Assembly (NCBI GenBank): GCA_963669295.1
Contig: OY769938.1
Coordinates: forward strand, 1,890,278-1,954,277
DNA from: Flavobacteriales bacterium
GTDB taxonomy: Bacteria > Bacteroidota > Bacteroidia > Flavobacteriales_D > CALLUQ01
Reading direction: 5' to 3'
DNA length: 64,000 nt
In this document: positions 9,025-18,376 of the stretch, in pieces
How positions within the stretch are numbered: the first letter of the stretch is position 1
Layout: the number at the start of each line of letters is the position of its first letter
The notes under the pieces: model-generated
What the model saw: the letters and a program-made list of their open reading frames with translations, nothing else
The model's database searches: none
Told to the model about the DNA's origin: nothing
Made by a program: the position numbers and the translations under genes

Positions 9025-9823
9025 AACCAAAAAATATTATGTGGTGTGGAAAGGGCACCGCCCAGGTGTTTACGATTCATGGGCAGCATGTAACCAGCAG
9101 ATTATTGGTTATAAAGGCGCTCAATACAAATCGTTTAAAACCTATGCCGAAGCCATGAGCGCTTACGAACACCCTGAGTTGGTAAAAATGGGAGGCAAGC
9201 CCAAAAAGCAAAAGTACTATGTGGTGTGGCGTGGGCACCAGCCAGGGGTATATTCCGATTGGGAAAAAGCCCGCAAGCAACTTACTGGCGCTGCTCAGCC
9301 ATTGTACAAAACCTTTGGCAGTAAAGAGCTGGCTGAAAAAGCATTTATAGAAGGGCCTACAGCCTACGAGGGTAAAGACTTTAAAAAAACACGCGACCTC
9401 ACCGAAGCCGAAAAGCAACGCATTGGTACGCCCATACCATTGAGCCTGGCAGTAGATGCTGCTTGCAGTGGTAAAACCAACCTGGCAGAATACCAGGGGG
9501 TAATTACCGAAACGGGAACGCAGGTGTTTCATGTGGGGCCGCTGCAAAAGGCCACCAATAATATTGGGGAATTTTTAGCCCTTGTACATGCCCTCGCCTA
9601 TTTAAAAAAGAACAACATTAAGATGCCCATTTACTCCGATTCGCGCATTGCCATGGGGTGGGTAAAGAAGAAAAGAGTGAATACCTCTTCGGAAGACCCA
9701 CATACGCAACAACTCATTCAGCGAGGGCTAAAGTGGTTGCACGAAAACTCCTGGGATGTTCCTATCTTAAAGTGGGAAACAAAGGCATGGGGAGAGATTC
9801 CCGCTGACTTCGGCAGGAAATAA
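9017..9823 (+). CDS. rnhA: Ribonuclease H1 with two N-terminal hybrid-binding (Cauli_VI-like) domains
   Basis: 268 aa. 'KYYVVW(K/R)GH(R/Q)PGVY' occurs twice (aa about 5-48 and 64-108). The C-terminal RNase H core carries D/E/D/D candidates ('AVDAAC', 'NIGEFLA', 'IYSDS', 'IPADFGRK'). The start overlaps the purN stop by 8 nt. Confidence 0.88.
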   Translation: MAKTKKYYVVWKGHRPGVYDSWAACNQQIIGYKGAQYKSFKTYAEAMSAYEHPELVKMGGKPKKQKYYVVWRGHQPGVYSDWEKARKQLTGAAQPLYKTFGSKELAEKAFIEGPTAYEGKDFKKTRDLTEAEKQRIGTPIPLSLAVDAACSGKTNLAEYQGVITETGTQVFHVGPLQKATNNIGEFLALVHALAYLKKNNIKMPIYSDSRIAMGWVKKKRVNTSSEDPHTQQLIQRGLKWLHENSWDVPILKWETKAWGEIPADFGRK

Positions 9824-9828
9824 CCTGC

Positions 9829-12483
9829 TTACTTTCCTAAAAACCGCAGTACTTGTGGGTCGGTTTCTGCTTCTTTAATACTTTCAAGGATACCATCAAT
9901 CTTATCCGACTGATCTTTCGCTGCTTTTATTTTATGATCCAACTCTGCTAATGATCCTGCATCAGCTCCTTCTCCTTCTTTTTCTGTTTTCTCCGATTTT
10001 AGCTTGCTCACCTGCTTATCGTACATGCTTTGCAACTCAGCTAACGACTGAATGCCTGAAAGCTTCATCCACCAAATGGGGGCTGTACGAGCTGTTTTCT
10101 CAAAAACGGGCAACGCGCTATTGACAGTAGCATCATCCTGATTCTTCAAGTACTTTACATAGGTTTGGTTGAACTGGAATGCAGAGAAACCACTGATCTT
10201 TTTTGATGTTGTTAAAAAGAACTCGTTTTGCTCGGCCGTACCATGCGCTGCATAAATACCCGCCACTTCTGTCCTAATTTTACTGCTTTCTTCACCTTCA
10301 AACTGCTTGGCATACTTCATTCCTTCGGTGGCATCCATATCAGCAATGGCCGAAAGCCCTGCTGCGATAACAGCATACGAACTGTCTTTTGTTGCATTTG
10401 TATAAATGGCCTTCAAAGCCTCATCGTCATCGTAATGCTTCACCAATGTTTTAATGGCCTGAGCACGTACATTTGACTTTTTATCGCTTTTGGCCAATGT
10501 TATCAGCTTCTCACGAATGGCAGGCTTATGACTTTTAATGGCTTTTTTCATGTTGCGCATCGCATTGGTTTTGATGTTCCAATACTTGTCATCTAAAGCA
10601 TCCACCATTACTTTGGCACTGCTTTCATCAGATTTCTTGCCACATGCTTTTACTGCTTCTAACCGATCGATGTATAAGGGTGCATTGTAGTATTGATGCA
10701 CAAATTGTTCGATGGGTTTGTCATCACTTTTGTTGCACAAGAGAATTTTTTCTGCATCCACATTCACCAAATCCGGTTTCTGTGCAGCATCAAAAGCAAA
10801 TGTCGTATCGGCATCCAATACCCAAACACGGTGACGGGTAGCTTTACTGCCATTGTACACATCGATATCTAACGGAATTTTATACAACGGTGTTTTATCA
10901 AAGTCTTGTGTTTGTTTTACCGTTACCAGTTGCTGTTTGGTACTATCGCTATAAGCATAGCTGTACTCCATTTTAGGGTGACCGCTGGCTAAAAACCATT
11001 GATCGAAAAACCAATTCAAATCCTCTCCGGTCACCTCTTCAAAAGCCAATCGCAAGTGATGCACCTCCGCTGGCTTGTACTTGTTGTTTTCTAAATACAC
11101 CCTTAATGCCTCGAAGAAGGCATCATCGCCTACATATTTCCTTAACATATGTAAGATACGCCCCCCTTTGTTGTAGGAGTGACCGTCAAACATGTCTTCT
11201 TTATCGTTGTAATCAAAACGAATTAAATCCACTTGTTTTTGCCTCGATTCTGCCAAATAACCATTCATCTCACTCATCGCATTATGGTCGGCCACATCAG
11301 CACCATACTTATATTCATCCCACAAAAACTGACTGTAATTTGCAAACGACTCGTTCAACGGAAGGTTCGACCACGATTCGCAAGTCACCAGGTCGCCAAA
11401 CCAATGGTGAAACAACTCGTGGGCAATAATGGATTCGTTGTCGCCGTCCAGCATTTCGCGACGGGTTTGCTGCAAGAATTCACCATGAATAACTGCCGTG
11501 GTGTTTTCCATTGCACCCGACACGTAATCGCGCACTACCACCTGGTGGTACTTTTCCCATGGATAATCAACCCCCAATTTATTAGAGAAAAACTCCATCA
11601 TTTCTGGTGTATTGCCAAAAATATCGCGAGCGTATTGTTCGTACTCCTTTTCTACATAGTAGTGTACCTCCAGGTCTCTCCACTTGTCTTTTACCACAGC
11701 AAAGTCGCCTACCGCCATCATAAACAAATAAGGGGTGTGCGATAACGATTGTTTCCAATAATCCGTACGGGTGCCATCACCATTTTCAGTAGAAAATACC
11801 AGCAACCCATTCGAAAGGGTTTTGTATTTCTTATCTACAGTAATGTACAGCTCTTGTGTGGTTCGTTCGTTAGGCGAATCAATGGTTGGAAACCAACAAG
11901 AACTGGCTTCTGTTTCTCCTTGTGTCCATATTTGTGTGGGCTTATCTGCCTCGCTGCTATCTGGGTTAACAAAATACAGCCCCTTGTCGGAGGTAATGGC
12001 AGCACTGCCCCCTGCCTCTAATTCATTGGGCTTGGCGGTGTATTTTATTTGAATGTGGAAGGTGTCTTTGCGGGTATATTCTTTATCGAGGTTAATTGTT
12101 AAAAACTTATTGTCGTATTCGTAAGCAAGTACGTTGGTTTTACTTTCCTCGCTATACATGGCTACACTATGAATATCAAACCCTTTTGCATCCAATACCA
12201 ATTGGTTAGTAGCATAAAAATAAGGCTTGAGTGTTAACGTTGCTTCACCATTTAAGTAGCTGTTTTTCCAATCGAATCGCACATCCAGCTTGGTGTGTAA
12301 CAGATCGTGCTTGCGAGTTTCAGAGGGGTTATACGTTGCTCGTTGAGGAGTACCCTTATCTTCCTTTGGTCTTTCCATGGTGACCTCTATGGGCTCCAAT
12401 TCTACCACTTCGGTTTTTTGGAAGATGCTACACGAAGCAAGAACTACAGAGGAGAGAAACAGATAGACTACCTTTTTTTGCAT
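9829..12483 (-). CDS. pepN: M1 family metallopeptidase (aminopeptidase N-like) with C-terminal HEAT-like repeats; lipoprotein
   Basis: 'GAMEN' plus 'HELFHHWFGDLVT..(18)..E' zincin motif. The start is set at ATG 12481-12483 (MQKKVVYLFLSSVVLASC signal/lipobox). Confidence 0.9.
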   Translation of the reverse strand: MQKKVVYLFLSSVVLASCSIFQKTEVVELEPIEVTMERPKEDKGTPQRATYNPSETRKHDLLHTKLDVRFDWKNSYLNGEATLTLKPYFYATNQLVLDAKGFDIHSVAMYSEESKTNVLAYEYDNKFLTINLDKEYTRKDTFHIQIKYTAKPNELEAGGSAAITSDKGLYFVNPDSSEADKPTQIWTQGETEASSCWFPTIDSPNERTTQELYITVDKKYKTLSNGLLVFSTENGDGTRTDYWKQSLSHTPYLFMMAVGDFAVVKDKWRDLEVHYYVEKEYEQYARDIFGNTPEMMEFFSNKLGVDYPWEKYHQVVVRDYVSGAMENTTAVIHGEFLQQTRREMLDGDNESIIAHELFHHWFGDLVTCESWSNLPLNESFANYSQFLWDEYKYGADVADHNAMSEMNGYLAESRQKQVDLIRFDYNDKEDMFDGHSYNKGGRILHMLRKYVGDDAFFEALRVYLENNKYKPAEVHHLRLAFEEVTGEDLNWFFDQWFLASGHPKMEYSYAYSDSTKQQLVTVKQTQDFDKTPLYKIPLDIDVYNGSKATRHRVWVLDADTTFAFDAAQKPDLVNVDAEKILLCNKSDDKPIEQFVHQYYNAPLYIDRLEAVKACGKKSDESSAKVMVDALDDKYWNIKTNAMRNMKKAIKSHKPAIREKLITLAKSDKKSNVRAQAIKTLVKHYDDDEALKAIYTNATKDSSYAVIAAGLSAIADMDATEGMKYAKQFEGEESSKIRTEVAGIYAAHGTAEQNEFFLTTSKKISGFSAFQFNQTYVKYLKNQDDATVNSALPVFEKTARTAPIWWMKLSGIQSLAELQSMYDKQVSKLKSEKTEKEGEGADAGSLAELDHKIKAAKDQSDKIDGILESIKEAETDPQVLRFLGK

Positions 12484-12593
12484 GGTTTTTATTTTAGCCT
12501 TCAAAGATGAAGAAAATCGTCCTATTTTCAAACTGGACATTTGCTATATCCCTCTAAAAAATTGATATTTACGCTACTTTTAAACTAAAGGAA

Positions 12594-13103
12594 ATGATCA
12601 AATCGACTGTTAATAATCAATATGAAACTGAGATGGAGTTGGCCTCCGATCAGCCTTATAACGGAATAGTAAACGGCAAAGCACTTGACCTTGATGTTAC
12701 TATGATTAAACCCGGCACCTATAGTGTAATCAACAACCATCAGTCGTATACTGTTGAAGTACTGAACCCAAACCATCAGGAAAAAACATATGAAATTACC
12801 GTAAATGGCAACAAATATCATGTGGCTTTAGAAGATGAGTATGATGCGCTATTGAAGCAATTGGGGATGGACAACCTTAGCAACATGAAGGTAAAAGAGG
12901 TGAAAGCACCGATGCCCGGTTTGGTAATAGATGTGGTGGTTAACCCTGGCACTGAAGTAAAGAAGGGCGACCCCTTATTGATCCTGGAGGCCATGAAAAT
13001 GGAAAACATTTTGAAGTCGCCTACCGACGGTGTAGTAAAAAGCATTGCTGCTGTAAAAAGTGCCACAGTAGAAAAGAATGAAGTATTGATTCACTTTGAA
13101 TAA
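12594..13103 (+). CDS. Biotin/lipoyl-attachment protein (biotin carboxyl carrier-like)
   Basis: 169 aa. The C-terminal 70 aa has 'PMPG..V' and the biotinyl-lysine motif 'EAMKMEN'. Confidence 0.8.
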   Translation: MIKSTVNNQYETEMELASDQPYNGIVNGKALDLDVTMIKPGTYSVINNHQSYTVEVLNPNHQEKTYEITVNGNKYHVALEDEYDALLKQLGMDNLSNMKVKEVKAPMPGLVIDVVVNPGTEVKKGDPLLILEAMKMENILKSPTDGVVKSIAAVKSATVEKNEVLIHFE

Positions 13104-13121
13104 TTCACCTATACACACATT

Positions 13122-13796
13122 ATGAAAAAGAATTTTTTATCCCTTCCCGCTGTTTTGGCTGTTGCCTTACTAAGTGCATGTGGAGGCAATGAAACCCCAG
13201 CCAATGACACTGCAACCAACGACACCACAGCTACTGAGCCTGTAGAAGAGGTTTGCCTATATCATTACGACAATAGCACTACCACTGTTTTGTGGACCGC
13301 TTACAAACACAATGCTAAAGTAGAAGTAAAGGGCAAGCTCGAAACGTTTGAGGTAACCACTGGCGAACCGTCTGAAGATTTGGCGACCATGGTACAAGGC
13401 ACCACGTTTAAAATTTATGCCGATACTGGGGTAAACTCTGAAGACCCTGTCCGCGACAAAAAAATTATGGAAATCTTCTTTGGTGCTATGTCTACACAAG
13501 AAATTACCGGAACCATTAACAGCATGAATGGCGATAATGAAAGCGGCTCAGGCACTTTAACCTTAAGCATGAATGGTGTGGATAAAGAAGTAAATTTCGA
13601 CTACACTGTTGATGAAAACAACCGCATGGAACTTGCCATTGCTGAAATCAATATGCACGATTGGAACGGACAAGAGGCTTGCGATGCCTTGCATAAGGCG
13701 TGTGAAGAAAAACATACCGGTGATGATGGCGAGAGTGTATTCTGGCCCACAATGGCTGTAAACATTTTTACTACATATACTGTAGAGTGTAACTAA
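13122..13796 (+). CDS. Lipoprotein, tentatively YceI-like
   Basis: 224 aa with lipobox 'LLSACGG' and a Thr/Asn-rich linker. The body loosely resembles YceI-type domains ('VNSEDPVRDKKI'). The family call is tentative. Confidence 0.55.
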   Translation: MKKNFLSLPAVLAVALLSACGGNETPANDTATNDTTATEPVEEVCLYHYDNSTTTVLWTAYKHNAKVEVKGKLETFEVTTGEPSEDLATMVQGTTFKIYADTGVNSEDPVRDKKIMEIFFGAMSTQEITGTINSMNGDNESGSGTLTLSMNGVDKEVNFDYTVDENNRMELAIAEINMHDWNGQEACDALHKACEEKHTGDDGESVFWPTMAVNIFTTYTVECN

Positions 13797-13815
13797 TTCC
13801 TGTTTTATCCCTATG

Positions 13816-13848
13816 AAAAACCCCGCAAATTAGTTGTGGGGTTTTTTT
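13816..13848 (+). terminator. Rho-independent terminator
   Basis: AAAAACCCCGCAA-ATTAG-TTGTGGGG followed by TTTTTTT, 20 nt after the stop at 13796. Confidence 0.8.
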
Positions 13849-13926
13849 ATGCTCAAAAAAGAACCCCTACCATGTCCTGAAATAACATCAGCACAATAGC
13901 AGGGGTTTATAACCGTGGGGCGTATA

Positions 13927-14856
13927 TTATTCTTCTACCAACAGAATATCGAAATCTACTAGATCAACAAACTGTTGAATACGAGTGTCTATTTCGCTTT
14001 CTGTTAAATTTTCAAGTCGTTCGGTTCCAAACTTCTCTACGCAAAACGATGCCATGGCCGACCCTATGATGATACCACGCTTCATGTTTTCGAAAGAAAT
14101 GTCGCCCGAATGAGCAATATAACCTATAAATCCACCTGCAAAAGTATCGCCAGCACCAGTGGGGTCAAACACTTCTTCTAATGGCAATGCCGGAGCAAAA
14201 AACACTTGCTCGTTATCAAATAGCAATGCTCCATGCTCGCCTTTCTTAATGATCAAATAGCGAGGACCCATTTGTAAAATCTTTCGTGCTGCTTTTACCA
14301 ACGAATACTCCCCTGATAATTGCCTGGCTTCTTCATCATTAATGGTTAATACATCAATCTTCTCCAATACCTTCTTCAAGTCATCAAGCGCAATGTCCAT
14401 CCAAAAGTTCATGGTGTCCAGTACAATGAGCTTTGGGCGGTGTTGTAACCGGTTAATTACACTAAGTTGCACCGATGGGGTAAGGTTTCCCAACATGAGG
14501 TATTCGCAACCCTGGTAAGCTTCAGGAACAACAGGATCAAAGTTTTCCAATACATTTAACTGCGTATCTAATGTATCACGGGTATTCATATCGTTATGAT
14601 ACTTACCCGACCAAAAAAAACTTTTTTCACCTTGCTTTATTTGTACTCCCTCCAGGTCAATTCCCCGACCTTTCATAGTATTCATGGTTGCCTCAGGAAA
14701 GTCTTCTCCCACTACGGAAATCACTTTGGATGCATTGCTGAAATAAGACGCAGACAAAGAGATGTAAGTGGCTGCGCCTCCAATAATTTTATCGGTTTTC
14801 CCGAATGGGGTTTCAATAGCATCAAAAGCCATTGTTCCAACTGTAAGTAAACTCAT
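13927..14856 (-). CDS. PfkB-family carbohydrate/nucleoside kinase
   Basis: 309 aa with the ribokinase-like signature 'DPTGAGDTFAGGFIGY'. Confidence 0.88.
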   Translation of the reverse strand: MSLLTVGTMAFDAIETPFGKTDKIIGGAATYISLSASYFSNASKVISVVGEDFPEATMNTMKGRGIDLEGVQIKQGEKSFFWSGKYHNDMNTRDTLDTQLNVLENFDPVVPEAYQGCEYLMLGNLTPSVQLSVINRLQHRPKLIVLDTMNFWMDIALDDLKKVLEKIDVLTINDEEARQLSGEYSLVKAARKILQMGPRYLIIKKGEHGALLFDNEQVFFAPALPLEEVFDPTGAGDTFAGGFIGYIAHSGDISFENMKRGIIIGSAMASFCVEKFGTERLENLTESEIDTRIQQFVDLVDFDILLVEE

Positions 14857-14947
14857 GTGCTTAAAATTTTGGGCAAATATATTGTATAATTGTAAACTTT
14901 CACCTAATATTGCAGCCCGTTTTCGGGAAATTTGTTCTTTAAAACAT

Positions 14948-15021
14948 TCCTCAATAGCTCAGTTGGTTAGAGCATCTGACTGTTAATCAGAGGGTCCCTG
15001 GTTCGAGTCCAGGTTGAGGAG
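14948..15021 (+). tRNA. tRNA-Asn (anticodon GTT)
   Basis: 74-nt cloverleaf folded by hand. Acceptor TCCTCAA/TTGAGGA, D arm GCTC-AGTTGGTTA-GAGC, anticodon arm TCTGA-CTGTTAA-TCAGA, T arm CCTGG-TTCGAGT-CCAGG, discriminator G. No CCA is encoded. Confidence 0.95.
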
Positions 15022-15067
15022 CATAATTTTTTCCCCTGTCGTCTCAAGTAGATGGCAGGGGTTTTTT
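15016..15067 (+). repeat. Direct repeat copy 1 (tRNA-Asn 3' end plus terminator), 52 bp
   Basis: GAGGAGCATAATTTTTTCCCCTGTCGTCTCAAGTAGATGGCAGGGGTTTTTT is identical to 15396-15447. Confidence 0.95.
15033..15067 (+). terminator. Rho-independent terminator after tRNA-Asn
   Basis: CCCCTGTC...GGCAGGGG hairpin followed by a T6 run. Confidence 0.8.
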
Positions 15068-15071
15068 ATTT

Positions 15072-15359
15072 ATGGCCTTCTTTGTTTACATCATCTATTC
15101 AAAAAGCATTGATCGGTTTTATGTAGGCGAAACGCCTAATATAGAACAACGGTTAAAGTACCACAATAGCCCTAAGCTAAATACCAACTCGACAAAGTCA
15201 GGCATGCCATGGGAAGTGTTTATGACTATTAGTTGCGATACCAGAACAATTGCAAGAAAGGTGGAAAAACACATAAAGCGTATGAAAAGCAGAAAATACT
15301 ACTACAACCTCAAGCAATACCCTGAATTAGTGAAAAAGGTTATTACTAAATATTCTTAA
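15072..15359 (+). CDS. GIY-YIG nuclease-family protein (small, YhbQ/UPF0213-like)
   Basis: 95 aa. 'FVYIIYSKSIDRFYVGETPNIEQRLKYHN' is a canonical GIY-YIG N-terminus. Confidence 0.85.
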   Translation: MAFFVYIIYSKSIDRFYVGETPNIEQRLKYHNSPKLNTNSTKSGMPWEVFMTISCDTRTIARKVEKHIKRMKSRKYYYNLKQYPELVKKVITKYS

Positions 15360-15364
15360 AATCG

Positions 15365-15401
15365 CTGGTTCGAGTCCCCCCGATAGCTATCGGGGGAGGA
15401 G
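15365..15401 (+). pseudogene. tRNA 3'-end remnant interrupted by a 20-nt perfect palindrome
   Basis: CTGGTTCGAGTCC (15365-15377) equals the tRNA-Asn T arm/loop (14998-15010). It is followed by CCCCCGATAGCTATCGGGGG (15377-15396) and then the acceptor 3' strand AGGAG. No 5' half is present. Confidence 0.7.
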
Positions 15402-15447
15402 CATAATTTTTTCCCCTGTCGTCTCAAGTAGATGGCAGGGGTTTTTT
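15396..15447 (+). repeat. Direct repeat copy 2, 52 bp
   Basis: Identical to 15016-15067 and includes a second copy of the terminator hairpin. Confidence 0.95.
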
Positions 15448-15448
15448 T
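15413..15448 (+). terminator. Rho-independent terminator (duplicate copy)
   Basis: Same hairpin as 15033-15067, followed by a T7 run. Confidence 0.8.
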
Positions 15449-15611
15449 ATGACTAATTTTCTTTAACTGCTTTCCTGATGAACATCATTCTTACCGCTGA
15501 CTTCTTTCATAGGTTCCCCTTGTTGAGGGTTGGAATTTTGTATAACAGCCTTGGTTTTCAATCATTGTAAAAAAAGGCTTGCAGTGCCCGATTTTCTAAT
15601 CACGACAACCA

Positions 15612-17567
15612 ATGGAGCAACAACCCAATACTACTGAATCTAGCCAGGAGGGCACACCCAAAAGGCGTGTTCCTATTAGAACCTATTGGTTTTATCTGGT
15701 GTTATTGCTGTTTATTTTTATCATCCAATTTTTCAGTGGCCAAAGTCCACAAGAAATTACCTGGGGAACTTTTCAGCAAACTATGTTGGAGCAAGGTGAT
15801 GTAGAAAAGTTGATTGTGGTGAATAAAGAAGTGGTAGAAGTATACATTATTCGCGAAGCGCTGAAGAAGGAACAGCACAAAGAGGTAGCTGAAAAACGTT
15901 GGGGAGGAATATCAACAGGGCCACACTACTCCTTTTCCATTGGTTCAGTAGAAGCTTTTGAGCGCAAGGTTGATGCCATCCAGGCCACTCGGGAGCCCGA
16001 GGAATGGTTGGACATCAAGTACGTTACCCGCACCAATTGGATTTCCAACCTGATGGGGTGGCTCATTCCCATCGGCATCATGATTTTTTTATGGATTTTC
16101 ATCATGGGGCGACTGTCACGATCAACCGCTGGCGGGGGCATGGGTTCTATGTTCAATTTTGGTAAGTCAAAAGCCAAACTGGTGAATTATGCCAATGGCG
16201 AGGCTATAACATTTAATGATGTGGCAGGACTGGAAGAGGCTAAGGTTGAAGTAAAAGAAGTAGTTGATTTCTTAAAGTCACCTAAACGCTATACCCAGCT
16301 AGGGGCAAAGATTCCCAAGGGAGTAATCCTTGTAGGCCCCCCAGGAACGGGGAAAACATTACTGGCCAAAGCAGTGGCCGGAGAAGCAGGGGTGCCGGTA
16401 TTTACCATTTCGGGATCTAACTTTGTAGAGATGTTTGTAGGAGTGGGCGCTTCAAGAGTTCGGGACCTATTCAAACAGGCTAAATCAAAGGCCCCTTGCA
16501 TTGTTTTTATTGATGAGATTGATGCCATTGGTCGTGCCCGAGGAAGAAATGTTGCTTTTGGTGCCAACGATGAGCGCGAAAACACCCTCAATCAACTGCT
16601 GAGTGAAATGGATGGTTTTGGCACCAACACTGGGGTGATTGTACTTGCCGCTACCAACAGGGCCGATATTCTGGACAAAGCACTTTTGCGCCCTGGTAGA
16701 TTCGACCGTCATATATATCTTGAGCTACCCAACCTTATTGAACGTCGCGCCATCTTTAAAGTACACACCCGCAAGCTGAAGATGCAAACCGATATTGACC
16801 TGAACTATCTGTCAACTCAAACACCAGGGTTTTCGGGTGCCGACATTGCCAACGTTTGCAACGAGGCTGCGCTTATTGCGGCACGCCACAAAAAAGAGTT
16901 GATTGAATCACGTGATTTCATAGCTGCTATCGATCGGGTGGTCGCTGGACTGGAACGCAAAAGCAAGATTATTTCAAAAGAAGAACGGGAAATTATCGCT
17001 CACCATGAAGCAGGCCATGCTATAGCGAGCTGGTTCTTAAAGCATGCTGCACCATTAGTAAAAGTGACCATCATTCCTCGAGGCAAGTCATTGGGAGCCG
17101 CCTGGTACCTGCCCGAAGAACGGCAAATCAAAACCAAACAACAGTTTATGGATGAGTTGTGCGTAACTCTTGGTGGTCGCGCAGCTGAAGAACTCCTATT
17201 TGGGGAGGTATCATCGGGAGCGCTTGATGATTTGGAAAAAGTGACCAAACAAGCATATGCCATGATCGCCTTGTTAGGGTTCAACGAAAAAATTGGCAAC
17301 ATCAGCTTCTACGACTCTTCTGGTACTCAAGAAGGTTCTTTGCACAAACCATATAGTGAGGCCACGGGTAAGATGATTGATGAAGAAGTAAGAGGGCTGG
17401 TAGAAAAAGTCTATACACGCACTCTTCTATTGCTTCGTGATCACCGTTCCGAGCTAGAGCAACTAGCCAAATTGCTATTGGAACATGAAACCGTACACCA
17501 GGCTCAATTAGAGCAATTGCTCGGTGCCCGAAAGTTTAATATTACAACTGTTGAAAACCCCACTTAG
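15612..17567 (+). CDS. ftsH: ATP-dependent zinc metalloprotease FtsH
   Basis: 651 aa with two N-terminal TM segments, Walker A 'GPPGTGKT', the AAA SRH, and the 'HEAGHA' zinc site. Confidence 0.97.
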   Translation: MEQQPNTTESSQEGTPKRRVPIRTYWFYLVLLLFIFIIQFFSGQSPQEITWGTFQQTMLEQGDVEKLIVVNKEVVEVYIIREALKKEQHKEVAEKRWGGISTGPHYSFSIGSVEAFERKVDAIQATREPEEWLDIKYVTRTNWISNLMGWLIPIGIMIFLWIFIMGRLSRSTAGGGMGSMFNFGKSKAKLVNYANGEAITFNDVAGLEEAKVEVKEVVDFLKSPKRYTQLGAKIPKGVILVGPPGTGKTLLAKAVAGEAGVPVFTISGSNFVEMFVGVGASRVRDLFKQAKSKAPCIVFIDEIDAIGRARGRNVAFGANDERENTLNQLLSEMDGFGTNTGVIVLAATNRADILDKALLRPGRFDRHIYLELPNLIERRAIFKVHTRKLKMQTDIDLNYLSTQTPGFSGADIANVCNEAALIAARHKKELIESRDFIAAIDRVVAGLERKSKIISKEEREIIAHHEAGHAIASWFLKHAAPLVKVTIIPRGKSLGAAWYLPEERQIKTKQQFMDELCVTLGGRAAEELLFGEVSSGALDDLEKVTKQAYAMIALLGFNEKIGNISFYDSSGTQEGSLHKPYSEATGKMIDEEVRGLVEKVYTRTLLLLRDHRSELEQLAKLLLEHETVHQAQLEQLLGARKFNITTVENPT

Positions 17568-17569
17568 TT

Positions 17570-18301
17570 ATGCATTCCGAAGACCAAATACATGGCCGAA
17601 ATACACTCCTTGGGAAACAACAAAAGTACTTGGGTGAGTTTGTATATGGAGGCATTGATGGTAGTATAACCACTTTTGCCGTTGTTGCTGGAGCAGCAGG
17701 AGCTCACCTCGATTCATCAATCGTTGTTATCCTTGGGTTGGCCAACCTTATTGCTGATGGCTTTTCTATGTCAGTAGGCAGTTATCTTTCCAAAAAATCA
17801 GAACTGGAGCATTATCAAAAACATCGCAACATCGAACTGTGGGAAATTGAACAATGGCCTGATCGAGAAATGGAAGAAATACGAGAAATTTATCGCGCTA
17901 AAGGGTTTAAAGGGGAGCTGTTAGAGCAAGTAGTAACAGTAATTACTTCCAACAAAGCTACGTGGGCCGATGAAATGATGCTGGGAGAGCACGAAATGAT
18001 TCCCGAGAAAAAGTCACCTGTGCGCATGGGCCTGGTAACTTTCATCTCCTTCTTTGTTGTTGGCTTTATTCCTCTTGCAGTATATGTATGGCACTTTATG
18101 CAACCAAACCCAGGGAGTGAACCTTTGTTGCCAATAGCTTCCGGCCTTACCCTCGTTGCTTTTGTTGTTATTGGCTATTTAAAAAGCTATGTAGCACAAA
18201 CCAATAAATGGCGAAGTATTTCTGAAACGGTTGCTCTTGGGGCTATTGCTGCTGGGTTAGCGTATTTCACCGGATCTTTCCTTGAAACCATCCTTCGTTA
18301 G
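17570..18301 (+). CDS. VIT1/CCC1-family iron/manganese transporter
   Basis: 243 aa with 'GGIDGSITTFAVVAGA', an acidic cytoplasmic helix region and C-terminal TM segments. It starts 2 nt after the ftsH stop. Confidence 0.85.
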   Translation: MHSEDQIHGRNTLLGKQQKYLGEFVYGGIDGSITTFAVVAGAAGAHLDSSIVVILGLANLIADGFSMSVGSYLSKKSELEHYQKHRNIELWEIEQWPDREMEEIREIYRAKGFKGELLEQVVTVITSNKATWADEMMLGEHEMIPEKKSPVRMGLVTFISFFVVGFIPLAVYVWHFMQPNPGSEPLLPIASGLTLVAFVVIGYLKSYVAQTNKWRSISETVALGAIAAGLAYFTGSFLETILR

Positions 18302-18376
18302 CAGCGCATTTAATTATTGCTAACTCGATAGTTTTCCAGCAACTATTGTTAATACTCCTACCTCCCTGTAAAACAA

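Noticed and set aside
9077-9547. 156-aa antisense ORF inside the RNase H1 gene. Similar long antisense ORFs occur at 11233..11745, 33373..33852, 34958..35341, 19230..19670, 59600..59908 and 62231..62581.
   Set aside because: All lie fully inside, and opposite to, genes with clear family motifs. None has motifs of its own. This is typical of shadow frames.
14768-14986. 72-aa plus-strand ORF running into tRNA-Asn
   Set aside because: It overlaps the PfkB kinase gene start on the other strand and the tRNA itself, so it is not credible as coding.
17560-17575. ftsH and the VIT1 transporter separated by only 2 nt, as a possible functional fusion or system
   Set aside because: Tight spacing alone is common in operons. 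I see no mechanistic link beyond both being membrane proteins. It is noted in the features but not pursued.
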